A stretch of 62,103 nucleotides of DNA from Anaerolineales bacterium. GTDB lineage: Bacteria; Chloroflexota; Anaerolineae; Anaerolineales; UBA11858. Each line of letters begins with the position of its first letter. Position 1 is the stretch's first letter. The translations under genes were made by a program, and so were the position numbers. Below the pieces are notes generated by a model. It did no database searches and was not told the DNA's origin. It was given only the letters and a program-made list of their open reading frames with translations. The stretch spans positions 1-62,103 of the forward strand of contig JASFVL010000002.1 in NCBI GenBank assembly GCA_050049875.1, in the 5' to 3' direction. Shown here piece after piece: positions 1 through 8,736 of the stretch.

Positions 1-7
1 GTAAGCT

Positions 8-2248
8 GTGGACAACCTCTCCGGCTCTGTTGAGCGCATTACCTACTACAACCCAGAAAACGGGTACAGTGTCGTGCGCCTGCGCCCGGAGGGCGGTGAC
101 ATCCCGCGCCCAATCCAGCATGGTTTGGTGACGGTGGTCGGCAACCTGCCGGAGCTCTCAGCCGGCGAACACTTGAGCTTGCAGGGGAGCTGGGTCAAAC
201 ACGCCAAACACGGCTTGCAGTTCAACGTAGAGATCTGCGAACAAACCCTGCCCGCCACCGTGACGGGCATACGTCGTTACCTGGGTTCCGGTCTGATCAA
301 AGGCATCGGTCCCCGCCTAGCGGAAAACATCGTGGATCACTTCGGTGCGCAGACCCTGGAGGTCATCGAAGAGCACCCCGAACGCCTAAAGGAAGTCGAC
401 AACATCGGTCCTAAGCGCACCCGCAAAATCGCCACCGCTTGGGAGCAACAGAAACAGGTCAAGGAAATCATGCTCTTCCTGCACAGCCACGGCGTGAGCA
501 CCAATCTGGCGATAAAAATCTACAAAACATACGGCGACCAAGCCTTTGAGGTGGTCAAGAGCGATCCTTATCGCTTGGCGCAGGATATCTACGGGGTGGG
601 CTTTAAAACCGCCGACCACCTAGCCCAAGACTTGGGTCTGCCCCCCCACCACCCTTCCCGAATTGAAGCCGGCTTGGTCTATGTGCTCAACGCCATGAGC
701 GATGAAGGTCACGTTTACGCCCCTCAGGACATCCTGAGCGATCGAGCCGCTGAGCTTCTGGATGTCTCGCCCGATCTGATCCCGGAGGCTTTAGAGAGGC
801 TTGCCCGAGAGGACCGCATCCGCTCCGAGCTTTTGCCCATCTTGGGGACGAAAGACGAGGCTCCGCCGGGCGAATCCGGCCTGCTGGAAGTGGCTGAACC
901 CACCGAAACGTACGGCGAACCCGCGGTTTACCTGACCCCCTTCTACTTCGGCGAAGTAAGCGTCGCGGAGCGTCTGCGCCTTCTGAGCAAGAAAGGTTCA
1001 CATCTTAGAGAGCCCTCGACGGCTTCCTTCGAGGAGATCAAGCTCTCATTGGAACAACAATCTGCTATTCAAACCGCCCTATCCCATCCGGTCAGCGTGC
1101 TCACTGGAGGACCGGGTACCGGCAAGACCACCTGTATTCAGCTTCTGATCACCCGGCTAGAATCGAGTTCCAAACACTACGCCTTGGCTTCACCCACAGG
1201 ACGGGCAGCCAAACGCCTCTCGGAAGCCACCGGGCGACCTGCCAGCACGATCCACCGCCTGTTGGGCTACTCCCCCGCTGAAGGTTTCAAGCACAACACC
1301 CGAAATCCCCTGCCTATTGACCTGCTGGTGGTAGATGAGGCCTCCATGCTCGACCTGCTCTTGGCCCATCATCTATTGAAAGCCGTGCCGCCAGAAGCCC
1401 ACCTGCTCCTGGTCGGCGATGTAGACCAGCTCCCCTCCGTGGGCGCGGGCGACGTGTTACGGGATGTGATCGCTAGCGGGATCGCCCCAGTCACCCGTTT
1501 GACGGAGATCTTCCGCCAGGAAGCCGGCTCCGACATCATCACCAACGCGCACCGCATAAACCGGGGAAATATGCCCATCTTCTCCCCAGCCCCCAAAGCA
1601 GGCGACCGGTCGGGCGATTTCTTCCTCTTCCCGGCGGAGGACGCCATCGGTGCTGCTGATTGGATCCTAGATGTGGTTTGCGAGCGTATCCCCCAGACAT
1701 TTAATCTGGAGTCGAAAGCTGATATCCAAGTGCTTGCTCCCATGTACCGCGGTCCGGTGGGTGTCAACGCGCTGAACGAACGACTGCAAGCTGCCCTGAA
1801 CCCCTCGAGCGCCAAAAAGCCGGAGAAAACCCTCTTCGGTCAAACCTTCCGCCGCGGCGATAAGGTCATGCAAACCCAAAATGACTACGACAAAGACGTG
1901 TACAACGGCGATATAGGCTTTGTAAGCGACCTCTCGCTCGTCGAGCACAGCCTATCGGTGACCTTCGACAACCGCCAGGTGTCTTACGACTGGAGCGAGG
2001 CCGACCAGCTCACGCTGGCTTATGCAGTCTCGGTGCACAAAGCCCAGGGATCGGAATTCCCTGCGGTGGTGGCGCCTGTGGTCACACAGCATTACTTGAT
2101 GCTACAGCGCAACCTGCTTTACACCGCAATCACACGCGCCCAGCAACTGTGTGTGCTGGTGGGAAACCGGCGCGCCATTGGCATCGCAGTGCGCAATGAC
2201 CAGGTATCGCGCCGCTACACTGCACTGGATTGGCGCTTGGAGCACTGA
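8..2248 (+). CDS. recD2: SF1B ATP-dependent DNA helicase, RecD2 (RecD/TraA) family
   Basis: 746-aa ORF with GTG start. N-terminal VERITYYNPENGYSVVRL region, Walker A GGPGTGKT, Walker B LLVVDEASM, and helicase motifs VGDVDQLPSVGAG and SVHKAQGSEF. Confidence 0.9.
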   Translation: MDNLSGSVERITYYNPENGYSVVRLRPEGGDIPRPIQHGLVTVVGNLPELSAGEHLSLQGSWVKHAKHGLQFNVEICEQTLPATVTGIRRYLGSGLIKGIGPRLAENIVDHFGAQTLEVIEEHPERLKEVDNIGPKRTRKIATAWEQQKQVKEIMLFLHSHGVSTNLAIKIYKTYGDQAFEVVKSDPYRLAQDIYGVGFKTADHLAQDLGLPPHHPSRIEAGLVYVLNAMSDEGHVYAPQDILSDRAAELLDVSPDLIPEALERLAREDRIRSELLPILGTKDEAPPGESGLLEVAEPTETYGEPAVYLTPFYFGEVSVAERLRLLSKKGSHLREPSTASFEEIKLSLEQQSAIQTALSHPVSVLTGGPGTGKTTCIQLLITRLESSSKHYALASPTGRAAKRLSEATGRPASTIHRLLGYSPAEGFKHNTRNPLPIDLLVVDEASMLDLLLAHHLLKAVPPEAHLLLVGDVDQLPSVGAGDVLRDVIASGIAPVTRLTEIFRQEAGSDIITNAHRINRGNMPIFSPAPKAGDRSGDFFLFPAEDAIGAADWILDVVCERIPQTFNLESKADIQVLAPMYRGPVGVNALNERLQAALNPSSAKKPEKTLFGQTFRRGDKVMQTQNDYDKDVYNGDIGFVSDLSLVEHSLSVTFDNRQVSYDWSEADQLTLAYAVSVHKAQGSEFPAVVAPVVTQHYLMLQRNLLYTAITRAQQLCVLVGNRRAIGIAVRNDQVSRRYTALDWRLEH

Positions 2249-2350
2249 TCCATGGCAGGTTTCTTGCACGAAACGATAACGTCATTCTGAGAAACAAGGC
2301 GAGGAAGAAGCTTAGTTTTTACCAGGAACACAAGTTAAACGTTTAAATGC

Positions 2351-2461
2351 GTGTGCACGCAAGACTTGTCATGAAGAAGAACGTGGGGTGTGTTTTTGGG
2401 CGGCTGAGCCGCCCAAAAACACACCCCACTTAATTCCCTTTGACAACATTTGAGTGCACAC
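2351..2461. mobile_element. MITE-like element, copy A (111 bp), with nested 21-bp-stem hairpin
   Basis: Termini GTGTGCAC...GTGCACAC form an inverted repeat. The element is flanked by an identical 8-bp direct repeat TTAAATGC (2343-2350 and 2462-2469). An internal perfect hairpin lies at 2383-2429. Homologous to 55122-55199 and 11966-12016. Confidence 0.6.
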
Positions 2462-2476
2462 TTAAATGCAAACCAT

Positions 2477-2505
2477 TTGACTATTGCATGGAAAAACTGT
2501 ACACT
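2477..2505 (+). promoter_or_regulatory. Candidate sigma70-type promoter of the FHA gene
   Basis: TTGACT (2477-2482), 17-nt spacer, TACACT (2500-2505). Identified by eye only. Confidence 0.3.
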
Positions 2506-2620
2506 CATAGTACAAATTGGATTATGCAGTGATTTTTGATTAATACCGGGAGAAATCCTGTAATTTAATTAAAAACTGAAACACAAGCACAAACTGTTCT
2601 TGATTCTAAGGAGAATAACC

Positions 2621-3253
2621 ATGGCGTCACAATCCTTCCAACTGGTCACACGGATCGGTCCGACACCAGGGGAGGCCTTCCCGCTGTCTAAGAGTGAGAT
2701 CACCCTCGGGCGTGATGCAAACAACGATATCGTGTTCGATTATGTGGAAGTCTCCCGCCGTCATGCCCGCTTGAGGATGCAAGCTGGCGGCTACGTGTTG
2801 GAAGATCTTGGCTCCACCAACGGCACCTTCGTCAACGAACAGAGACTGATAGGACCGCACTCGCTGCGCCCTGGTGAAACCATCAGTTTGGGGGACGCGG
2901 TGACTTTAATCTACGAAGTCGCCCAATACGACCCCGAGGCAACGGTGGTCTCCACCCCAATCGAAATGCCTCCTCCTCAGAGGCAAGAACAACCTGCTGA
3001 ATCACAACCAAGCAGCTACCCCCAACCCTCCCCTAAGGCACCCGAACCTGCACCTGTTTACTCCGGGCAAGTCCCGGCCGGCCCGACTGCAATTGAGGAG
3101 AAAAAAGGCAGACCCTGGCTGTGGGCCGGGGTGGGATGCGTGGTCGTTCTGCTGTGCGTCGTCGTGGCGGGTGCGTTTATCTTCGACAGCCTCAACCTGT
3201 ACTGCAGCGCCCCCTTCGATCTGCTCTTCAGTTTTCTCTACACCTGTCCATAA
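2621..3253 (+). CDS. FHA domain-containing, membrane-anchored protein
   Basis: Track ORF 2600-3253 trimmed to ATG 2621, which is preceded by AAGGAG (2608-2613). FHA signature ITLGRDANNDIVF..VSRRHARL..LEDLGSTNGTFVN. Pro/Gln-rich linker and a C-terminal TM helix WLWAGVGCVVVLLCVVVAGAFIF. Confidence 0.85.
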   Translation: MASQSFQLVTRIGPTPGEAFPLSKSEITLGRDANNDIVFDYVEVSRRHARLRMQAGGYVLEDLGSTNGTFVNEQRLIGPHSLRPGETISLGDAVTLIYEVAQYDPEATVVSTPIEMPPPQRQEQPAESQPSSYPQPSPKAPEPAPVYSGQVPAGPTAIEEKKGRPWLWAGVGCVVVLLCVVVAGAFIFDSLNLYCSAPFDLLFSFLYTCP

Positions 3254-3299
3254 GGCATTTCAAGGTTATTTCCAGTGATTTCCACTGGAAATAACCATC

Positions 3300-5081
3300 T
3301 TAATCCCCCAATATCTCCCAACCTTCCCCGGTCATGATTACTTCCAGTTCCATCACCTCCGGCGGGGTGGTGCTGACCCACACGCGAGCCTTGCCGCCGC
3401 TGATCTGAATGCGCTGGGGCTGATACCCGTTCCCTAAGAGGACTTCCACAATCGAATAATATGTCTCCGCTAAGGGATTGATGCCAAAGGGATCGGGGAC
3501 TCCCTGATCCAGCGCGTCCAGTACAGCGTTCACCGCCTCTAGAGACCGATCGGTTTGCGCGTAGCGTCCCGCGCGCAGGTGCTCATCGGCATTCACCAAA
3601 AGTGTTTCCAAAGTCAAGTTCTCGATCCTAGTGGGGTGGCGCAGGTAATCGGCCACAATCTCGCGTTCGCGCATCTCCTTGGCGGACGGCAGCCAGGCGG
3701 TTAGGAAATACGCTGAGGGGTCCAGCACCTGCTGGTAGCGGCGCGCCGTGTCGAAGAATCCCACCGTCAGACGCACATCATCATATAGATCCGGGGTGAC
3801 GGTCTGCTGGCGGAGAGCCTCCAGGAAACGCTCCTCCAACTGGGCGAAGCTCAGGTCGAAGTGCTTCTCCAAGGCCACACTGATGGCTTGAGATGACTCT
3901 CCGCTGGGGTGAGGTCGGATATCACGGTAGAAGTCCGAAAAGGCTTCCCAACCCCAGGTCTCCACCATGTACTCCACCAGCGCACCAGCCTGCAGGTAGC
4001 CAATCTCGTGCTGGGACCGGTAGAAGTTGTCCGAAAGCGGCTCAAGATCCAAGTACCACCCTAGACCTAATACGGCCTCCTGCTCATCAGAGTCCAGCAG
4101 GGCTGCGGTGCGCGGAATGAGCGGCTCGGGTTTGAAATGACCCCCCGTCAGGTACACAGCTAAGCCTTCCACTAGCATGGAGGGGCGCAGTTCCCCTCCC
4201 AGCTGCCCGTCCAAAACGTGAACCAATTCGTGATGCAATACCATCCCCACGTCGCTTCCGGCGTAGTTGCGGTCCAGGTAAGAGACCGCTATCTCACCGC
4301 TGGCGAAGCCACCGTGCCCTAGGACGCGAGGCAGCAGGGTGACAGTGATCGGTTGGCTGAAATCAGGGCTCAGAAGGGAGGCCACATCCTCAGCCTGCGC
4401 GTCGACCTCCTCCAGCAACAGAGATAAATCGCGTTCTCCCGCTGTTTCAGTAACGTAGTACACCAGGCAGCAATCGCTGTCCGAGACAGCCCAGTGCGCC
4501 TGCGCCTGAGCTGGCGGCAGAGCGCTTTCAGATTGTAAGGTGACCGTTTGCTGCCAGTCAATTCCCTGGGGCTGGATCGAAAACGCCAGACTGTGAGCAC
4601 CCGCTTCCAGGTCTGAGGTATCCCACGCCCAGGTCAGGGTGGCTTGTCTGCGACCGCCGATACCGAAGAAACCAAATTCCACTTCCCCAAGCGAAGTTCC
4701 AGAGGGGATCAGACTCACCGAGACCTGACTTTCGTTTAGATCTAAGTCCTCCTGGGGTGGGGCAATGATCTCCAAGCTGACCTGGTCCCCAACGTACAAC
4801 TCGCCATCAGGGTGATAGCGCACGCTGAAACCGGCAGGGGGGGTCGAGGTGATCGTAGGCGCGAGGCTGGGGGTGAGTGTGGCTGGCGGAGAGGTGAAGG
4901 TTGGAGGTGGGGAGGTAAACGTCGGCGGAAACGAAGTGTGGCTGGGTGCAGACGTTTGGGTTGGGAGCGCCGTCTCCGAGGCGCGTGTGGTGTCCGTTGG
5001 CAGCGGTGTGGTGGGCGCCAGCGTCTGGCAGGCGCTTACCCCAAAGAGAAGCACCGTTAAGGCGAGCTGAAATTTTTGCAT
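3300..5081 (-). CDS. Secreted lipoprotein with HExxH (putative zinc metallopeptidase-like) motif
   Basis: 593 aa. Signal peptide with lipobox LFGVSAC, Pro/Thr-rich tandem PPTFTSPP repeats, and HHELVHVLD (HExxH) in the central domain. I do not recognise a precise family. Confidence 0.6.
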   Translation of the reverse strand: MQKFQLALTVLLFGVSACQTLAPTTPLPTDTTRASETALPTQTSAPSHTSFPPTFTSPPPTFTSPPATLTPSLAPTITSTPPAGFSVRYHPDGELYVGDQVSLEIIAPPQEDLDLNESQVSVSLIPSGTSLGEVEFGFFGIGGRRQATLTWAWDTSDLEAGAHSLAFSIQPQGIDWQQTVTLQSESALPPAQAQAHWAVSDSDCCLVYYVTETAGERDLSLLLEEVDAQAEDVASLLSPDFSQPITVTLLPRVLGHGGFASGEIAVSYLDRNYAGSDVGMVLHHELVHVLDGQLGGELRPSMLVEGLAVYLTGGHFKPEPLIPRTAALLDSDEQEAVLGLGWYLDLEPLSDNFYRSQHEIGYLQAGALVEYMVETWGWEAFSDFYRDIRPHPSGESSQAISVALEKHFDLSFAQLEERFLEALRQQTVTPDLYDDVRLTVGFFDTARRYQQVLDPSAYFLTAWLPSAKEMREREIVADYLRHPTRIENLTLETLLVNADEHLRAGRYAQTDRSLEAVNAVLDALDQGVPDPFGINPLAETYYSIVEVLLGNGYQPQRIQISGGKARVWVSTTPPEVMELEVIMTGEGWEILGD

Positions 5082-5150
5082 AGCGCTATATTATATCCCT
5101 CCCTTTGCCCCCTTTGTAACCCCTGGTACAATCTCAAAACAAGAACCTTA

Positions 5151-5209
5151 AGACTTACGCAGTTAAAGGTGGAGGGTGGGGAATACCTCCCCAACTGCGC
5201 AACTCCTGA
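5151..5209 (+). repeat. Gene-proximal dispersed element, copy S3 (family ACTTACGCAGTT..AGGGTG..TCCCCAACTG..ACTCCTGA)
   Basis: Aligns by eye with the reverse complements of 41216-41265 and 55253-55307. Ends 29 nt upstream of the aminotransferase ATG. Confidence 0.6.
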
Positions 5210-5237
5210 CCCAAATAAGTTTATTGCGGAGGCACTT

Positions 5238-6317
5238 ATGGCACCCATGTTCATCCCCGGTCCGGTGGACGTAGACCCCGATGTATTGAACGCCCAGACT
5301 TCCCCCATGCTACCACACCGCAGCAAGGAGTACGAGCAGATTTTTCACCGGGCGGAGAACCAAGCGCGCAAGTTGTTTGCCACCCAGATGCGGGTCTTCC
5401 TGACCGCTTCATCCGGTACGGGGTTGCAGGAGGCCGCTGTACGTAATTTCGCCAAAGAGCGGGTGCTCTCTTGTGCCAACGGCGCCTTCGGCGAGCGTTG
5501 GTATGAAGTAGCCTTGAACAACGGGAAGCAGGCGGACAAACTGGAGACCCCTTGGGGGCAGCCCATCACACCGGAGATGGTCGCCGAGGCGCTCCAAGCG
5601 GGGGATTACGACGTGCTCACTTTGGTGCACAACGAGACCTCAACCGGATTGACAAACCCTGTAAGCGAAATCGCTGCAGTCACCCGCGAAGTCAGCCCAC
5701 AGACGCTCATCTGCGTGGATGCGGTCTCCTCCCTAGCCGGTGTAAAAATCGAGATGGACGCCTGGGGTCTGGATTTCGTGCTGAGCTCATCCCAGAAGGC
5801 ACTGGCTCTACCTCCGGGTCTGGGTCTGGGTGCTACTTCGGACCGGGCGCTGGAGCGCGCTGAGGCGATCGACGACCGAGGCTGGTACTTCGACCTGGTG
5901 CGCATGGAACGTTACCGCATCAAGAACTCCACCCCGGCAACCTCCGCTATTTCCTTAATCTACGCCCTGGATAAGCAGATGGAGCGTATTCTGCAGGAAG
6001 GGTTGGAGGCGCGCTTCATCCGCCACAGCAATTTAGCCCAACGGGTGCAAACCTGGGCGCTAGCCCGCAACTTCGAACTGTTCGCAGCCCAAGGCTACCG
6101 CTCCCACACAGTTACCACAGTGAAGAACACTTACAATATCGACGTGGCCGCCTTGAACGAATTTCTGCTGGAACGCGACATGCGCATCGCGAACGGCTAC
6201 GGGCCGCTGAAGAACAAGACCTTCCGCATCGCTCACATGGGTGAAGTAAAGATGAACGACCTCGAAATTCTGTTGGCAGCTATTGATGTCTTTCTGATGC
6301 GTCGCGAACCGAAATAA
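5238..6317 (+). CDS. Class V PLP-dependent aminotransferase (serine-pyruvate / alanine-glyoxylate type)
   Basis: Track ORF 5076-6317 trimmed to ATG 5238, which follows GGAGG (5228-5232). N-terminus MFIPGPVDVDPDVL, PLP-lysine context VLSSSQKALALPPGLG, and C-terminal FRIAHMG. Confidence 0.85.
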   Translation: MAPMFIPGPVDVDPDVLNAQTSPMLPHRSKEYEQIFHRAENQARKLFATQMRVFLTASSGTGLQEAAVRNFAKERVLSCANGAFGERWYEVALNNGKQADKLETPWGQPITPEMVAEALQAGDYDVLTLVHNETSTGLTNPVSEIAAVTREVSPQTLICVDAVSSLAGVKIEMDAWGLDFVLSSSQKALALPPGLGLGATSDRALERAEAIDDRGWYFDLVRMERYRIKNSTPATSAISLIYALDKQMERILQEGLEARFIRHSNLAQRVQTWALARNFELFAAQGYRSHTVTTVKNTYNIDVAALNEFLLERDMRIANGYGPLKNKTFRIAHMGEVKMNDLEILLAAIDVFLMRREPK

Positions 6318-6319
6318 TA

Positions 6320-7561
6320 GTGGACTCCAAGACCTTTGAGGTAACCCCGACCACCTTCACCTACGGCGGCGAAGTCCTGGGCCGCTTGTCAGACGGGCGC
6401 GCTGTGTTCGTGCCCTACGCCCTGCCCTCCGAACGCGTGCGGGTGCGATTGGTCGAAGAGAAGCGCGGCTACGCCCGCGCCGAGCTGCTGGAGGTGCTGG
6501 AGAGCTCTCCCGAGCGCATTGAGCCCCGCTGCCGCCATTTCGCCACCTGCGGGGGCTGCCACTACCAGCACATGCCCTACCAAGCGCAGCTTAAAGCCAA
6601 AGCCGAGATCCTGAGCGACCAACTGGAGCGCATTGGCAAGCTAGAAAATCCACCCGTGGAGCCCACCATCCCCTCTCCCCAACCGTGGTACTACCGCAAC
6701 CACATCCAGTTCCACCTCACCGAACAGGGACAGCTCGGTTTCCAGGGCGCCCGCTCCCAAGGAGTGATCCCCATTCAAGAGTGCCACTTGCCCGAAGAGC
6801 CCATCAACGCCATCTGGCCGCTTCTGGATGTTGAACCTATTCCCGGGCTGGAGCGGCTAGGATTACGATCAGGAACGGAGGGGCCTCTTCTGATTCTGGA
6901 AAGTCACGACCCCCAACCGCTGGTGTTCAGCGTCGATCTGCCGGTTTCGGCCGTCCATTTGGGTCCGGGTGGCGCCCTGGTTCTAGCGGGGGATGATTTC
7001 GTCTTCATTGAGGTCCTAGAGCGCTCTTTCCGGGTTTCGGCGGGGTCCTTCTTCCAAGTTAATACGCCGATGGCTGCCGCGCTTGTGGAGTACCTGCTGG
7101 CACACCTTCATCTCACGCCGGATACCTCCCTGATAGAAGGATTCTGCGGCGTCGGGCTGTTCAGCGCCTTCCTGGCTCCCCAAGTGGGAGAGTTAATTGC
7201 GATCGAATCGCACCCCAGCGCAGCGGAGGATTTCGTCGCCAATCTGGACGATTTCGACAACGTAGCGCTCTACGAGGCGCCAGTGGAGGACGTTCTGGGC
7301 ATCTTGAAAGTCCAGCCTGACATCATCCTGGTGGACCCGCCCAGAGCGGGGCTGGGACGCCAGAGCCTGGACGCCATCCTAACTCTAAAGCCTAACCTCG
7401 TGGCTTACGTCTCCTGCGACCCCGCCACCCTAGCCCGGGACGCTAAAAGGCTGACCAAAGGGGGCTACCGCTTGACCCAGGTTACGCCCTTCGATCTCTT
7501 CCCCCAGACATACCATATCGAGAGCGTCAGCTTGTGGGAGAAGAGCGAAGAAAGAGATTAG
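6320..7561 (+). CDS. rlmD: TRAM-domain 23S rRNA (uracil-5)-methyltransferase, RlmD/RumA family
   Basis: 413 aa with GTG start. Fe-S cysteine cluster CRHFATCGGCHYQH, SAM-binding GFCGVGLFS, and C-terminal YVSCDPATLARD with PFDLFPQTYHIESV. Confidence 0.85.
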   Translation: MDSKTFEVTPTTFTYGGEVLGRLSDGRAVFVPYALPSERVRVRLVEEKRGYARAELLEVLESSPERIEPRCRHFATCGGCHYQHMPYQAQLKAKAEILSDQLERIGKLENPPVEPTIPSPQPWYYRNHIQFHLTEQGQLGFQGARSQGVIPIQECHLPEEPINAIWPLLDVEPIPGLERLGLRSGTEGPLLILESHDPQPLVFSVDLPVSAVHLGPGGALVLAGDDFVFIEVLERSFRVSAGSFFQVNTPMAAALVEYLLAHLHLTPDTSLIEGFCGVGLFSAFLAPQVGELIAIESHPSAAEDFVANLDDFDNVALYEAPVEDVLGILKVQPDIILVDPPRAGLGRQSLDAILTLKPNLVAYVSCDPATLARDAKRLTKGGYRLTQVTPFDLFPQTYHIESVSLWEKSEERD

Positions 7562-7571
7562 GTCGTCACCC

Positions 7572-7619
7572 TCATATCCCCCCAACCCCCTTTTCTCCCA
7601 CGTCTAGGAGAAAAGGGGG
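7572..7619. repeat. G/C-rich hairpin repeat (inverted copy at 19352-19398), likely terminator of rlmD
   Basis: TCATATCCCCCCAACCCCCTTTTCTCCCACGTCTAGGAGAAAAGGGGG. The stem pairs CCCCTTTTCTCC with GGAGAAAAGGGG. About 90 percent identical by eye to the reverse complement of 19352-19398. Confidence 0.6.
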
Positions 7620-7649
7620 CGCGACGCAAGCATAACCCGCGAGTGAAAA

Positions 7650-7674
7650 CCCCTCTCCCAGTGTGGGAGAGGGG
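7650..7674. repeat. Perfect 11-bp-stem G/C hairpin
   Basis: CCCCTCTCCCA-GTG-TGGGAGAGGGG. Same style as the hairpins at 33068-33092 and 33111-33135. Confidence 0.6.
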
Positions 7675-7785
7675 TCGCGTAGCACACCCGAAACATCACG
7701 TAGTGAGTGGAGGGTGCTACCGCCACCTCTCAAAAGGGGTGAGGGGATTCCAGAGATCCAACAACCACCAATTCCAAATTAACCC

Positions 7786-7813
7786 TTGACAAACTTAGGT
7801 TTTTGATTAAAAT
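7786..7813 (+). promoter_or_regulatory. Near-consensus sigma70-type promoter
   Basis: TTGACA (7786-7791), 16-nt spacer, TAAAAT (7808-7813), 70 nt upstream of ATG 7884. Confidence 0.6.
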
Positions 7814-7827
7814 AGAACATATGTTCG
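7814..7827. promoter_or_regulatory. Predicted LexA (SOS / Cheo-type) box
   Basis: AGAACATATGTTCG contains a perfect GAAC-N4-GTTC palindrome and matches CGAACATATGTTCG at 13/14 positions. It directly abuts the -10 hexamer, so it would cover the transcription start. Confidence 0.6.
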
Positions 7828-7883
7828 AAATACGTTAATTTCTTGGCACCATCAAAGGAGTTTTTTTAAAGGCTTTTTACAAT

Positions 7884-8726
7884 ATGAAATCTGATCAACA
7901 CCAAATCACGATCTACCAGCAACCTAAAGAGCGCGCAACGCCTGTTCCCTTCGAGATCGCGCCCCAGACTGCACATTGGGAGAGATCCCCCAGGGTACCA
8001 ACACTGCAAACGATCATCGCCCAAACGAAACCCTTACCACCCTACTCGGTTTTGATCGGAGCGTGTGATGATGGTTACCATTTCTTCTTCGATTTAGATG
8101 ACCCTAACCCAGGATCGCTTCTGATCACTGGAGAACCACACACCGGGAAATCCATACTTCTTAGATCGATTATGGAATCAGCTAGCTTGCTGAACCCACC
8201 CAATCAGGTGCGCTTCAGCTTGGTTGCTACACGCCCCCATGAATGGCAAGATGCCTCCGTTTTCCCAAATCTTGACCTCATAGCAGCCCCATACCAGCGT
8301 GAGTCTAACACCTTGGTAATGAAATTTAGCGAAATCGCTAAACAACGACGCAGTGGGCGCTTACGAGGACCCGCGTTGATCTTGTTTATTGAAAACTTGG
8401 CAAGATTCTTGGAACGTATAGATCGGGACGTTGAACTATTCTTGGGTTGGCTGATCCGGGAAGGTCCCAAATCAAAAGTATGGACGGTCGTTACGCTTGA
8501 TATCTTTGAGAGCCCAAAAATCAACAAGAAATTACTCTCTTCTTTCGGCACAAAAATGATCAGCATGACCAGTTTAATTTACACCTTACCCCCTCCAAAT
8601 GGAGGACCTGACTCTTCTCCAAATTTATCAAATGCGCATGGTCAGGTATCGATCTCAGATCCGATGTTCAAAGTCTATTTGAGAGACGAGGGTTGGATTC
8701 GATTTTCAGTTCCTCGATTGGAATAG
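7884..8726 (+). CDS. Stand-alone degenerate FtsK/SpoIIIE/EssC-like P-loop protein (hypothetical)
   Basis: 280 aa. Domain order resembles the FtsK ATPase core: YSVLIGACDDGYHFFFDLDDPNPGSLLITGEPHTGKS (Walker A), then ALILFIENLA where the canonical IDE is IEN, then KSKVWTVVTLD. No TM segment and no gamma domain. The gene is visibly AT-richer than its neighbours. Confidence 0.5.
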   Translation: MKSDQHQITIYQQPKERATPVPFEIAPQTAHWERSPRVPTLQTIIAQTKPLPPYSVLIGACDDGYHFFFDLDDPNPGSLLITGEPHTGKSILLRSIMESASLLNPPNQVRFSLVATRPHEWQDASVFPNLDLIAAPYQRESNTLVMKFSEIAKQRRSGRLRGPALILFIENLARFLERIDRDVELFLGWLIREGPKSKVWTVVTLDIFESPKINKKLLSSFGTKMISMTSLIYTLPPPNGGPDSSPNLSNAHGQVSISDPMFKVYLRDEGWIRFSVPRLE

Positions 8727-8736
8727 GAGAACCCTG

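Noticed and set aside
386-1948. Several minus-strand ORFs (60-148 aa) inside recD2
   Set aside because: They are antisense shadows within a gene that has strong helicase motifs. None has an RBS or a recognisable domain.
5076-5237. Long N-terminal extension of the aminotransferase (track start 5076)
   Set aside because: The extension overlaps the divergent lipoprotein gene start and the S3 repeat element. ATG 5238 has a GGAGG RBS, and the conserved N-terminus MFIPGPV begins there.
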